A DNA stretch of 64,000 nt from Escherichia coli (GTDB lineage Bacteria; Pseudomonadota; Gammaproteobacteria; Enterobacterales; Enterobacteriaceae). A program made the translations under genes and the position numbers. The stretch lies in NCBI RefSeq assembly GCF_003334765.1, contig NZ_QOWT01000017.1. One strand, 5' to 3'. Numbering within the stretch: position 1 is the stretch's first letter; every line of letters starts with the position of its first letter. This document shows positions 37,962 through 49,154 of the stretch, one piece after another. The notes beneath the pieces were generated by a model, which was given only the letters and a program-made list of their open reading frames with translations, made no database searches and was not told where the DNA came from.

Positions 37962-38857
37962 TATTTCCCCCGTTTGGCGCGTGGATGCGCCGCATCGTAC
38001 ACCGAGGCAAGGTGTTGAAAATCAAGATGAGTATAGATTTGCGTGGTGGAGAGGTTGGCATGACCCAGCAGCTCCTGCACACCACGAAGATCGCCGCTCG
38101 ACTCCAGCATATGCGTGGCGAACGAGTGACGTAATTTATGCGGATGAACGTGATTATTCAGCCCTTGTTTTATGCCCCATTCGGCAAAGCGTTTCTGCAC
38201 ATTACGCGCGGAGATACGCTTGCCCAGTTTCGACAGAAAAAGCGCGTCGTCTTCGCTACCAAACAGGTCGCGCAAATCAAGCCAGTGCTCAATCCACGCC
38301 ACAGCGTTGCGACCAATCGGCAGGCGGCGCTCTTTGCTGCCTTTCCCCATAACCCACACTTCACCAGACTCCAGGTCGAGGTGTTTAATATCCAGCCCCA
38401 CCAGCTCAGAAAGACGCAGACCCGCGCCGTACATCACTTCCAGCATTGCACGGTCGCGTACAGCGAGGGGATCATTGATATCAATATCCAGCAGCCGATT
38501 CATATCGTCGACGTCGATGTTTTTCGGCAGATGACGCGGCGCTTTCGGTGCCGAAACACCTTTCGCCGGGTTAGCTTTGAGTTCGTTCTGGCTGACCAGC
38601 CAGTCAAAAAAGCTACGTAGCGCAGAAAGCCGTAACGCCAGACTTGCTGCTCCCAGCCCTTTACGGCGACTGCGTACAGCAAAATTGCGCACCATCGTCA
38701 CATCACATTGCTGCCAGCTTTGCAGGCCGTTTTCGCTGGCAAAATTGATGATCGCCTCAAGCTGACGCTGGTAGTTAAGCAGGGTTATCGGGCTAAGCTG
38801 GCGCTCCACGCTCAGATAACGTAGGTAGCGTTCTACATCGGTGTGTAAATCGGTCAT
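37961..38857 (-). CDS. xerC: Tyrosine site-specific recombinase XerC
   Basis: 298-aa ORF with R..HxxR..Y catalytic residues ([10 protein letters not shown] ... IYTHL). Confidence 0.95.
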
Positions 38858-39561
38858 ACGCGTTCAATCCAACGCTCCAGAAGCTCCGGCAACATCAGCG
38901 CAATTTCATGAAGTAACTGCGTTCCTTGCCCTTGTTGATAGTGACTGGCATCGCGACTGGTAAACAGCACGACACCCAAATCAGCATCGCTTCCCAGCAT
39001 CGACATCGCCACCGATCCCACCGCTTTCGCTTCCGGTAGCACCACCAGCAGCTCTGGTCCGTTAAGCGGCCCAAGATAGTGCTGTTCCTGCCCCAAACGC
39101 TGAATACGCAGCGGTTCGAAAGACTGACGGCTTAATGCCAGATGAGTGTGGTTCGACGGCGCACCTAAGCGCCAGCGATCCGGAAACAGGCGCAGACTCG
39201 CACCTGCCAGGCCGAGATCGCGCGCCCAGCGGTGAAAGCGCATCAGCATATCGTCGAGACTGCTGGCGGCGGTGAGACTGCGCTGCAGGTAGAGTAGGCG
39301 ATAAAACAGGCCTTCGTTGGCGATAGCCTGTTCCATCAACAGCGCCATGTTCTCTTCCAGAACATGAATATGATTACGTGCGCGGGCCATGTGCCACTCG
39401 ACCAACGAAACGGTGCCGCGTACCGGATGCGGCACACGTATCGCTTCTACTGCGCGCGCATTACGGATAAAAAACTCAGGATTTTTAATCAGATAATCGA
39501 CAACCGCCCGGTCATCAAGCTCCGTGAGTGTTTCCTGCAGTTCTTCCCCTGGTTGCTTCAT
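38854..39561 (-). CDS. yigA: DUF484-family protein YigA
   Basis: 235-aa ORF between dapF and xerC with 4-nt overlaps at both ends. Confidence 0.82.
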
Positions 39562-40382
39562 AGATGAATAAATCCGTCGTAGACATGTACCGCCGGGCCA
39601 GTCATATATAACGGGTGACCCGGACCTTTCCAGGCGATATCAAGACGACCGCCGGGGAGTTCCACGCGTACTTCTTCGGCCAGCAAACCTTGCTGAATCC
39701 CTACTGCAACCGCCGCACACGCGCCGCTGCCGCAGGCCTGGGTTTCTCCTGCCCCACGCTCATAAACGCGTAAACGAATATGCTCGCGCTTAACCACTTG
39801 CATAAAACCGATATTGGCGCGCTCCGGAAAACGCTCGTGGCTTTCCAGAACAGGACCAAGCGTTTCTACCGCCGCGGTATCGACATCATCGACCTGAATC
39901 ACGCAATGCGGATTTCCCATCGACACCACGCCGCATAAGATTGTCTGCTCGGCGGCGCGCATAATATAGGTCTTTTCCGCTTTGTTAGCGCGAAACGGCA
40001 CGGCGGAAGGTTCGAAGTTGGGTTCGCCCATATTTACGCGGACCAGATCATCATCGGTGACGGTCAGAACCATCCGCCCGTTGGCGGTGCTGACGCGGAT
40101 ATCACGCTTATTGGTCAGTCCTTTCAGACGCACAAAACGGGCAAAGCAGCGCGCACCGTTGCCGCACTGCGCCACTTCACTGCCATCAGCATTGAAAATG
40201 CGATAGTGAAAATCCAGTTCAGGATCATACGGCGGCTCAACCACCAGCAGTTGGTCAAACCCTACCCCCAGGTGCCGATCAGCCAGGCGACGAATCAGCT
40301 CCGGTGAAAAAAAGACATTCTGCGTTACCGCGTCGACGACCATAAAATCGTTGCCAAGGCCATGCATTTTCGAGAACTGCAT
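39558..40382 (-). CDS. dapF: Diaminopimelate epimerase
   Basis: 274 aa from [17 protein letters not shown]; catalytic Cys motifs. Confidence 0.95.
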
Positions 40383-40418
40383 CATTTACTCCAATCACGC
40401 GGGTACAGAAACTGACTT

Positions 40419-40622
40419 TTAGTAATTCACCTGGGATGGACCATCGCCAGTGGCGCGATCGTTTTTATCCGGCACCGTGGATTGCGTTTGCGTCTCTACC
40501 GGTTTGGTCGGCGGCGGTGCGTTTTTATCTGCAGGCGGGAAATAGAGCGGACCTTTCAGACCGCAGCCCGTCAGGCTGAAGAGAGTAAGTAATACAGTGA
40601 GTGCCTTAAACACGTTTTTCAT
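40419..40622 (-). CDS. yifL: Small lipoprotein YifL
   Basis: 67-aa ORF with lipobox LTGC and Pro-rich tail. Confidence 0.85.
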   Translation of the reverse strand: MKNVFKALTVLLTLFSLTGCGLKGPLYFPPADKNAPPPTKPVETQTQSTVPDKNDRATGDGPSQVNY

Positions 40623-41084
40623 TATGGATTGCCTGTAAAGTTCATCGCTTTCTGCTTTCTATCATCGCAGGAGAAGACGTAAAAGCAAGCGTTTAGCGAC
40701 TCTTTATGAAGTCTGAAAAGTGAGGAAATGCTGCGAGTATAACGCTTACTCGTGGGGATTTATGTTTTGCTGGTAGTTTCGTGATCGGCACCTCGCGCCA
40801 GGATGGCTTTATGCACTATCGCAATGTGGTTTGTTTGTTGTCTTTTTTAGTTCCGTCAGCGTGAGGATGCTCGCTCGGTAAACCTGATCATAATGTTTAC
40901 CAGAAACAGGGAAAGACGTGGTGTAACTGCGCCCTAATGAAGAGACAAATCTTTCGCTACACAGAGACATCATTATTCCGGTGACGGATGAATCGTGCCG
41001 GAACGCAGCCGCAGAGGTGCAAACTTTGAAGCCCTGACCCCATGCCGCTATACTGCCGCCATCACTTAAAAACAGGATACAACA

Positions 41085-41405
41085 ATGAACGACAGTGAAT
41101 TTCATCGCCTGGCTGATCAACTCTGGCTGACCATTGAAGAACGCCTGGACGACTGGGATGGCGACAGCGATATCGACTGCGAAATCAACGGCGGCGTACT
41201 GACCATTACCTTTGAGAATGGCAGCAAAATCATTATCAACCGCCAGGAGCCGCTGCACCAGGTATGGCTGGCAACCAAACAGGGCGGCTACCATTTTGAC
41301 CTGAAAGGCGATGAGTGGATTTGTGATCGCAGCGGCGAAACCTTCTGGGATTTGCTGGAACAGGCGGCGACGCAGCAGGCGGGTGAAACAGTCAGTTTCC
41401 GCTAA
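41085..41405 (+). CDS. cyaY: Frataxin homologue CyaY (iron-sulfur cluster assembly)
   Basis: 106-aa acidic ORF, recognised CyaY. Confidence 0.93.
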
Positions 41406-41444
41406 GATTGCATGCCGGATAAGCCTCGCTTTCCGGCACGTTCA

Positions 41445-43991
41445 TCACGAAAAATATTGCTGTAATAGCGGCGTATCGTGATCCTGATTGGCAGGCGGCA
41501 TGTTACCGATAGATTTTGTGCGGAACGGAATCACCTGTTCACGACCATCAACCTTCACAATCTGATAGAACTGCGGCAGGTTGAAGTTGATGAAGCTTGA
41601 GCCGTAGGTAAAACGGTCATGCGATGACGAGTAGAAGCGACTGACGTCACGTACCAGCTCCTCTTTGCTGCCTTCGCAGTGGTGATATACCTCAACCCGG
41701 TTGCTTTCGTCGAGAATGTAGATATTAAAGCCATTCTCGTCTTGCGTTTCTTCGAAAAAGAACTGGATGATCCCTTCGCTGGCAAAGCCGTCCACCACCG
41801 CCGGTAATTTGACGTGATTGGTTTCAACCTGCACTGACAGGCCGTGCAGTTTGTTATGCGAAATCGCGCCATAAAACTCGATGGCGTTTTCCAGTTTCTG
41901 TACCGATACATTCAGGCGTTCGAAGAACAACCCCCAGGTTTGACCAGAAACGCGCAGCGCCTTGAAACGCCCGGTTTCCTGGCGGGTGCTGGAAAGACGC
42001 AATTCAATACACTCAGAAACCAGTTGCTGCACGCGAGTACGAATTAAGCCGCGCAGATGCTGGCTATAACAGAAGACTTCCACGCTATCTGGCGGTGCGG
42101 CGTCCTGATGCATTTTGCCGAGAATAGTTTTCAGGGCTTCGATCATCGATTGCTCGCCGTTGAAGTGCAGCGTACGCACTTCGTTCCACGAGTTGCGGTA
42201 CAGCAGGTCAACGCTACCTACCAGGCAATTTTGATTCTCGCCAAAGCTGAAGACATCCAGCTTACGGAAATCGAAATGCACCACCTGATTGCGGAACGCC
42301 GCTGTCGGGTCATATTCCAGGTTAACGATAATCGCCAGATGGCGGATCTCACACGGGCTGTAGAGCGCCTTCGGTGTCGGTGCAGGTAAGCGCAGCGGGA
42401 AATGGTGCGACACGTCGGCGACCATCTCCTGCAACTTAGGCAAATCGACAATGCCGTTACCTTTAATATACAAACGGGTGCGCGAGGTCAGCAGGCCGTT
42501 AAACCATGCCCACGCCACCAGTTTATTCAGGTAACGGTTATATTCCAGCGGCTGATGGCTGATGATCGACTCAATATTTGGCGCGCGGTTATACAGATAC
42601 CAACCTGAACGGTTAGCCCGGCCCGGCGGCACATAAATAAAGGTCAGATTCGGTTCCGAGAGATCGGGTGAAATCTGCGGGTTTACCAGCGTCACTTTAC
42701 CTGGTAATGCTTCAAACGCGGCATACAGCTTACGCGTCAGCACGCCGATATCCTGCGGACTGGCGGAGACGCTAAGGTTATTGCGACGCGCAAAGCGGAT
42801 CAGATTACGGTAGCTCTGCATCATCGCGTCGAGCAACTCGTTGTGCGCCTCACGCACCTGATCAATCTTCCAGTTAGCGCGGTTATCGAGCATTGCCAGA
42901 CGAGCTTCGTCCCAACCCCACTCGCTCACTAACTGGCTCAACACTGCGCGACGCCAGCCTACGCAGGCGCGTTCACGGCTGAGCTTTTCGCACACTTTTA
43001 AATAGAAGCAGCGACGTACTAAATCCAGACGGGTAAAATCTTCAATCGCCGTCAGGTATTCAGTAACACGCTCCAGCATCATGCAGTATGGATCGAGACC
43101 AAACGATACAATCTCGCCGTCGTGCAAACGCTGTTTGATATCTTTCGCCAGCAGACGTGGGTTCGGGTATTCCCAGGAATAGGCTTCCAGCAGCAGTGTT
43201 TTCAGTACCGCTTTGTATGGGGAATCGATACTCTTGTAGAGCTGCCAAAGGCTGGCACCAAAGTACTCTTCAGCAGAAAGCGAGCTTAAGCCACCGAGAT
43301 CCAGCCATTCATTTGGCGTCAGCACGCCCTGCGCGTAAAGCGTCATCACATAGTCGTCGTAATGCTCTTCTTCGTCGCACGGCACCATATTCCACAGAAT
43401 ACGCTTACCGGCGAGACGCACGGCGGTACGATAAAATTCGTCAAGCAGCAGTATATGCTGGGTGGAGCCACAATCTTCGCCCCCCAGGCTGCCGCTTTCA
43501 TTATGACGGAAGCGGTTTTCATCAATCAGGAAGAAGCTGACTTCCACACCCAGCGAGGCGGCCCAGTTTTCCAGCAGGCTACATTTACGTTGTAGCAATT
43601 GGCGCTCTTCGCTATCGAGCCAGGATTGATGACAGACCCAGATATCCAGGTCAGAGGAACAACTTTGCCCTACGGACGAGGTGCTGCCCATGGTGTATAC
43701 ACCAGTAATTGGAAGCTCACCTTTCGGCGGATCCTGTACTGACATTCCACGATACAGTTCAAGCTCGTTCAGGTAGTGGCGTTGAGTTTCATCAGGCGTG
43801 TAAAGGCAAATGCCTTTGGGAACGTTACCATCAAGGTAACCCGGCATTAGCGGATGGTGATAGTGCAACAATGTCGGCAGTAGACTGTAGACCTGTTGGA
43901 ATGCAGGCCCCATAGCAGCAAGCGCGCGATCCACACGCAATTGATTTATGGCATCCAGTCTCTGTTTCAGAGTCTCAATATAGAGGTACAA
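41445..43991 (-). CDS. cyaA: Adenylate cyclase, class I
   Basis: 848-aa ORF; initiation codon is TTG (plus-strand CAA at 43989-43991). Confidence 0.95.
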   Translation of the reverse strand: MYLYIETLKQRLDAINQLRVDRALAAMGPAFQQVYSLLPTLLHYHHPLMPGYLDGNVPKGICLYTPDETQRHYLNELELYRGMSVQDPPKGELPITGVYTMGSTSSVGQSCSSDLDIWVCHQSWLDSEERQLLQRKCSLLENWAASLGVEVSFFLIDENRFRHNESGSLGGEDCGSTQHILLLDEFYRTAVRLAGKRILWNMVPCDEEEHYDDYVMTLYAQGVLTPNEWLDLGGLSSLSAEEYFGASLWQLYKSIDSPYKAVLKTLLLEAYSWEYPNPRLLAKDIKQRLHDGEIVSFGLDPYCMMLERVTEYLTAIEDFTRLDLVRRCFYLKVCEKLSRERACVGWRRAVLSQLVSEWGWDEARLAMLDNRANWKIDQVREAHNELLDAMMQSYRNLIRFARRNNLSVSASPQDIGVLTRKLYAAFEALPGKVTLVNPQISPDLSEPNLTFIYVPPGRANRSGWYLYNRAPNIESIISHQPLEYNRYLNKLVAWAWFNGLLTSRTRLYIKGNGIVDLPKLQEMVADVSHHFPLRLPAPTPKALYSPCEIRHLAIIVNLEYDPTAAFRNQVVHFDFRKLDVFSFGENQNCLVGSVDLLYRNSWNEVRTLHFNGEQSMIEALKTILGKMHQDAAPPDSVEVFCYSQHLRGLIRTRVQQLVSECIELRLSSTRQETGRFKALRVSGQTWGLFFERLNVSVQKLENAIEFYGAISHNKLHGLSVQVETNHVKLPAVVDGFASEGIIQFFFEETQDENGFNIYILDESNRVEVYHHCEGSKEELVRDVSRFYSSSHDRFTYGSSFINFNLPQFYQIVKVDGREQVIPFRTKSIGNMPPANQDHDTPLLQQYFS

Positions 43992-44145
43992 GACGTATCG
44001 CCTGATTTGCTACCCGTCATGACTGTGATTCCGCCAACATCAACGGTAACACGCGGCATTCGGGATATTTCGTATGTCAAAGGTAACCGTTACCACTTTT
44101 CGCGCCTGGTTTTTTTAGTTTCACGACGAAAAAATGGTCTAAAAC

Positions 44146-44161
44146 GTGATCAATTTAACAC
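44146..44161. promoter_or_regulatory. CRP-binding site in the cyaA promoter region
   Basis: GTGATCAATTTAACAC (TGTGA-N6-TCACA class) about 155 bp upstream of the cyaA start. Confidence 0.6.
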
Positions 44162-44377
44162 CTTGCTGATTGACCGTAAAGAAAGATGCGCTACATACAA
44201 GTGTAGCACCGTTTATTCTCTGTAAATTCCTTATTACAACGGCGTGAAACGCCTGTCAGGATCCACTGCCAGACCTCATTTTACGGTTTGCGCAGGCGTC
44301 TACGTTTCACCACAACACTGACATCACTCTGGCAAGGATGTTAGGATGGACCACGGATGATAATGACGGTAACAAGC

Positions 44378-45319
44378 ATGTTAGACAATGTTTTAAGAAT
44401 TGCCACACGCCAAAGCCCACTTGCACTCTGGCAGGCACACTATGTCAAAGACAAGTTGATGGCGAGCCATCCGGGCCTGGTCGTTGAACTGGTACCGATG
44501 GTGACGCGCGGCGATGTGATTCTTGATACGCCGCTGGCGAAAGTAGGCGGAAAAGGCTTATTTGTAAAAGAGCTGGAAGTCGCGCTCCTCGAAAATCGCG
44601 CCGATATCGCCGTACACTCAATGAAAGATGTGCCGGTTGAATTCCCGCAAGGTCTGGGACTGGTCACTATTTGTGAGCGTGAAGATCCTCGCGATGCCTT
44701 TGTGTCCAATAACTATGACAGTCTGGATGCGTTACCGGCAGGCAGTATCGTCGGGACGTCCAGTTTACGTCGCCAGTGCCAACTGGCTGAACGCCGTCCG
44801 GATCTGATTATCCGCTCCCTGCGCGGCAACGTCGGCACTCGCCTGAGCAAACTGGATAACGGCGAATACGATGCCATCATTCTTGCCGTAGCCGGACTAA
44901 AACGTTTAGGTCTGGAGTCACGTATTCGCGCCGCGTTGCCACCCGAGATTTCTCTTCCGGCGGTAGGACAAGGTGCGGTGGGTATTGAATGCCGCCTTGA
45001 TGATTCACGCACTCGCGAGCTGCTTGCCGCGCTGAATCACCACGAAACTGCACTGCGCGTTACCGCAGAACGCGCCATGAATACCCGTCTCGAAGGCGGA
45101 TGTCAGGTGCCAATTGGTAGCTACGCCGAGCTTATTGATGGCGAAATCTGGCTGCGTGCGCTGGTCGGCGCGCCGGACGGTTCGCAGATTATTCGCGGTG
45201 AACGCCGCGGTGCGCCGCAAGATGCCGAACAAATGGGGATTTCGCTGGCAGAAGAGCTACTGAATAACGGCGCGCGCGAGATCCTCGCTGAAGTCTATAA
45301 CGGAGACGCCCCGGCATGA
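44378..45319 (+). CDS. hemC: Porphobilinogen deaminase (hydroxymethylbilane synthase)
   Basis: 313 aa from [20 protein letters not shown]; track ORF extended 7 codons. Confidence 0.95.
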
Positions 45320-46056
45320 GTATCCTTGTCACCCGCCCGTCTCCCGCTGGAGAAGAGTTAGTGAGCCGTCTGCGCACACTGGGGCAGGTGGCCTGGCATT
45401 TTCCGCTGATTGAGTTTTCTCCGGGTCAACAATTACCGCAACTTGCTGATCAACTGGCAGCGCTGGGGGAGAGCGATCTGTTGTTTGCCCTCTCGCAACA
45501 CGCGGTTGCTTTTGCCCAATCACAGCTGCATCAGCAAGATCGTAAATGGCCCCGACTACCTGATTATTTCGCCATTGGACGCACCACCGCACTGGCACTA
45601 CATACCGTAAGCGGACAGAAGATTCTCTACCCGCAGGATCGGGAAATCAGCGAAGTCTTGCTACAATTACCTGAATTACAAAATATTGCGGGCAAACGTG
45701 CGCTGATATTACGTGGCAATGGTGGTCGTGAGCTAATTGGGGATACCCTGACGGCGCGCGGTGCTGAGGTCACTTTTTGTGAATGTTATCAACGATGCGC
45801 AATCCATTACGATGGTGCAGAAGAAGCGATGCGCTGGCAAGCCCGCGAGGTGACGATGGTCGTTGTTACCAGCGGTGAAATGTTGCAGCAACTCTGGTCG
45901 CTGATCCCACAATGGTATCGTGAGCACTGGTTACTACACTGTCGACTATTGGTCGTCAGTGAGCGTTTGGCGAAACTCGCCCGGGAACTGGGCTGGCAAG
46001 ACATTAAGGTCGCCGATAACGCTGACAACGATGCGCTTTTACGGGCATTACAATAA
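45316..46056 (+). CDS. hemD: Uroporphyrinogen-III synthase
   Basis: 246-aa ORF overlapping hemC stop by 4 nt. Confidence 0.93.
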   Translation: MSILVTRPSPAGEELVSRLRTLGQVAWHFPLIEFSPGQQLPQLADQLAALGESDLLFALSQHAVAFAQSQLHQQDRKWPRLPDYFAIGRTTALALHTVSGQKILYPQDREISEVLLQLPELQNIAGKRALILRGNGGRELIGDTLTARGAEVTFCECYQRCAIHYDGAEEAMRWQAREVTMVVVTSGEMLQQLWSLIPQWYREHWLLHCRLLVVSERLAKLARELGWQDIKVADNADNDALLRALQ

Positions 46057-46077
46057 CTCTCATAACAGGAAGCCATA

Positions 46078-47277
46078 ATGACGGAACAAGAAAAAACCTC
46101 CGCCGTGGTTGAAGAGACCAGGGAGGCCGTGGACACCACGTCACAACCTGTCGCAACAGAAAAAAAGAGTAAGAACAATACCGCATTGATTCTCAGCGCG
46201 GTGGCTATCGCTATTGCTCTGGCGGCGGGCATCGGTTTGTATGGCTGGGGTAAACAACAGGCCGTCAATCAGACCGCCACCAGCGATGCCCTGGCTAACC
46301 AACTGACGGCATTGCAAAAAGCCCAGGAGAGCCAAAAAGCCGAGCTGGAAGGCATTATTAAGCAACAAGCTGCACAACTTAAGCAGGCGAATCGTCAGCA
46401 AGAAACGCTGGCAAAACAGTTGGATGAAGTCCAACAAAAGGTCGCCACCATTTCCGGCAGCGATGCTAAAACCTGGCTGCTGGCTCAGGCCGATTTTCTG
46501 GTGAAACTCGCCGGACGGAAGCTGTGGAGCGATCAGGACGTCACGACCGCTGCAGCGTTGCTGAAAAGTGCAGACGCCAGCCTGGCGGATATGAATGACC
46601 CGAGTCTGATTACCGTTCGTCGGGCAATTACCGATGATATCGCCAGCCTTTCTGCAGTATCGCAGGTGGATTATGACGGCATCATCCTTAAGCTTAATCA
46701 GCTTTCAAATCAGGTAGATAACCTGCGTCTGGCCGATAATGACAGCGATGGTTCGCCGATGGATTCAGACGGTGAAGAGCTTTCCAGTTCCATCAGCGAA
46801 TGGCGTATCAATCTGCAAAAAAGCTGGCAGAACTTTATGGACAACTTCATTACGATTCGCCGTCGTGATGACACCGCCGTACCGCTGTTAGCGCCAAATC
46901 AGGATATCTATCTGCGCGAAAATATTCGCTCTCGCCTGCTGGTCGCAGCACAAGCTGTACCGCGTCACCAGGAAGAGACTTATCGCCAGGCGCTGGAGAA
47001 CGTCTCCACCTGGGTACGTGCTTACTACGATACTGATGATGCCACCACCAAAGCGTTCCTCGACGAGGTGGACCAGTTAAGCCAGCAAAATATCTCGATG
47101 GATCTTCCGGAAACCCTGCAAAGCCAGGCGATGCTGGAAAAACTGATGCAGACTCGCGTGCGTAACCTGCTGGCACAACCGGCAGCGGGGACAACGGAAG
47201 CTAAACCTGCACCTGCACCTGCACCTGCACCTGCACCGCAAGCTGATACTCCGGCAGCCGCGCCGCAAGGAGAATAA
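46078..47277 (+). CDS. hemX: HemX (putative uroporphyrinogen-III C-methyltransferase-like membrane protein)
   Basis: 399-aa ORF with N-terminal TM helix, coiled-coil region and Pro-Ala repeat near the C terminus. Confidence 0.88.
   Translation: MTEQEKTSAVVEETREAVDTTSQPVATEKKSKNNTALILSAVAIAIALAAGIGLYGWGKQQAVNQTATSDALANQLTALQKAQESQKAELEGIIKQQAAQLKQANRQQETLAKQLDEVQQKVATISGSDAKTWLLAQADFLVKLAGRKLWSDQDVTTAAALLKSADASLADMNDPSLITVRRAITDDIASLSAVSQVDYDGIILKLNQLSNQVDNLRLADNDSDGSPMDSDGEELSSSISEWRINLQKSWQNFMDNFITIRRRDDTAVPLLAPNQDIYLRENIRSRLLVAAQAVPRHQEETYRQALENVSTWVRAYYDTDDATTKAFLDEVDQLSQQNISMDLPETLQSQAMLEKLMQTRVRNLLAQPAAGTTEAKPAPAPAPAPAPQADTPAAAPQGE
47206..47235 (+). repeat. Perfect tandem hexanucleotide repeat (CCTGCA)x5 encoding (Pro-Ala)5 within hemX
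   Basis: Five contiguous identical CCTGCA units read directly from the sequence. Confidence 0.9.
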
Positions 47278-47279
47278 CC

Positions 47280-48476
47280 ATGCTAAAAGTGTTATTGCTC
47301 TTTGTGTTGCTGATTGCGGGGATCGTGGTTGGCCCGATGATTGCCGGCCATCAGGGTTATGTGCTGATCCAGACCGACAACTACAATATCGAAACCAGCG
47401 TCACGGGCCTGGCGATCATATTGATTCTGGCGATGGTAGTGCTGTTTGCCATTGAGTGGCTACTGCGGCGGATCTTCCGCACTGGCGCGCACACCCGTGG
47501 GTGGTTTGTCGGACGTAAGCGTCGCCGTGCACGTAAGCAGACCGAACAGGCGCTGCTGAAACTGGCGGAAGGCGATTATCAGCAAGTTGAAAAGCTGATG
47601 GCGAAAAATGCCGATCACGCGGAACAACCGGTGGTGAACTATCTACTGGCTGCCGAAGCCGCGCAACAACGTGGTGATGAAGCACGCGCCAACCAACATC
47701 TGGAACGCGCAGCGGAGCTGGCCGGCAACGACACCATTCCGGTAGAAATCACCCGCGTACGTCTGCAACTGGCCCGTAATGAAAACCATGCTGCACGCCA
47801 CGGCGTGGATAAGCTGCTGGAAGTTACGCCACGCCATCCGGAAGTATTACGTCTGGCGGAACAGGCGTATATCCGCACAGGTGCATGGAGTTCGCTGCTG
47901 GATATTATCCCATCAATGGCGAAAGCCCATGTTGGTGATGAAGAACATCGTGCAATGCTGGAACAACAGGCATGGATTGGCCTGATGGATCAGGCGCGTG
48001 CCGATAACGGTAGCGAAGGTTTGCGTAACTGGTGGAAAAACCAAAGCCGGAAAACGCGTCATCAGGTAGCGTTGCAGGTGGCAATGGCGGAACATCTTAT
48101 TGAATGTGACGATCATGATACTGCCCAGCAAATTATCATCGATGGCCTGAAACGCCAGTACGACGATCGCCTACTGCTGCCGATTCCTCGACTGAAAACA
48201 AACAATCCGGAACAGCTGGAAAAAGTGCTGCGCCAGCAAATCAAAAACGTCGGCGATCGCCCGCTGTTGTGGAGCACACTGGGCCAGTCACTGATGAAGC
48301 ACGGAGAATGGCAGGAAGCATCGCTCGCCTTCCGCGCAGCGCTGAAACAACGTCCGGACGCCTACGATTACGCATGGCTTGCCGACGCGCTGGACAGACT
48401 GCACAAGCCGGAAGAAGCTGCAGCGATGCGTCGCGACGGTTTGATGTTAACGTTGCAGAATAACCCGCCACAGTAG
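47280..48476 (+). CDS. hemY: HemY (TPR-like membrane protein of the hem operon)
   Basis: 398-aa ORF with two N-terminal TM helices, 2 bp after hemX stop. Confidence 0.92.
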   Translation: MLKVLLLFVLLIAGIVVGPMIAGHQGYVLIQTDNYNIETSVTGLAIILILAMVVLFAIEWLLRRIFRTGAHTRGWFVGRKRRRARKQTEQALLKLAEGDYQQVEKLMAKNADHAEQPVVNYLLAAEAAQQRGDEARANQHLERAAELAGNDTIPVEITRVRLQLARNENHAARHGVDKLLEVTPRHPEVLRLAEQAYIRTGAWSSLLDIIPSMAKAHVGDEEHRAMLEQQAWIGLMDQARADNGSEGLRNWWKNQSRKTRHQVALQVAMAEHLIECDDHDTAQQIIIDGLKRQYDDRLLLPIPRLKTNNPEQLEKVLRQQIKNVGDRPLLWSTLGQSLMKHGEWQEASLAFRAALKQRPDAYDYAWLADALDRLHKPEEAAAMRRDGLMLTLQNNPPQ

Positions 48477-48523
48477 TTCCTTCTCACCCGGAGGCAAGCA
48501 CCTCCGGGGCCTTCCTGATACAT

Positions 48524-48730
48524 AAAAAAACGCCTGCTCTTATTACGGAGCAGGCGTTAAAACAGGTCTGTATGACAACAAGTGGGTGCTTCACTCAACG
48601 TTGTGTCCATGGTGTCTGATGAGGCATAAGCGACATCTGTCAGTGGACGATAAGCACCGTAAACGGCTCTGCGTCATTCCGGAGTTTATGAGGCACTAAG
48701 GCGAACATAAGAGATGGAATGAGCATCTAC
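48524..48730 (-). ncRNA. glmZ: GlmZ small regulatory RNA (activator of glmS translation)
   Basis: Minus-strand sequence from 48730 reads GTAGATGCTCATTCCATCTCTTATGTTCGCC... and ends in hairpin AACGCCTGCTC-CGTAATAAG-AGCAGGCGTT plus TTTTTTT; matches GlmZ (207 nt) as I recall it; no ORF. Confidence 0.85.
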
Positions 48731-49154
48731 TCGTTTATTATGCCACAGAGAATCGGGAAATAACATCCCTTAACACTTGTTATGAGATAATTCTGTAATC
48801 CTCTTTGCTTCCTGAGTAATAACTTCCTGAGTGAATATTTAACCTGAGCTTGATCCTACACATACTTATTATGAATGATAAAATTCATTCAATTAATAAC
48901 ACATATATTAATTGCCGTTAAAACTAAAAACAGCATCAATAATCAACGCGATATAATAAACCTGCCTTACATATCAACTGCGCCAGAGGTAGGATTGAAA
49001 ACGCTCTCCTGATTTTCCAATTCATTTTCTGGATAAATAAATAATTTATTTTTGTCACTATTATTTATGTAATCATCCTGTCAGGGAGAGGGATCTCAAT
49101 TATCAATGCTTAATTACGTCATCATTTTGATGACATGAAACCGGAGCATTTTGC

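Noticed and set aside
37961-38857. Tyrosine recombinase gene as a possible marker of an integrated mobile element
   Set aside because: This is XerC in its conserved dapF-yigA-xerC-yigB context (chromosome dimer resolution); there are no flanking direct repeats, phage genes or adjacent tRNA.
40809-41294. 161-aa minus-strand ORF spanning the yifL-cyaY spacer and the cyaY 5' end
   Set aside because: It overlaps cyaY antisense, has no RBS, and a Cys/Ala-rich low-complexity translation.
41406-41444. Possible shared terminator between convergent cyaY and cyaA
   Set aside because: The only inverted repeat (GCCGGA...TCCGGC) has a 12-nt loop and no flanking T-run on either strand.
47206-47235. Tandem repeats considered as a CRISPR array or minisatellite
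   Set aside because: The units are only 6 bp with no spacers and sit in frame inside hemX; the REP clusters elsewhere are imperfect palindromes in alternating orientation, not direct repeats with unique spacers. No CRISPR array is present.
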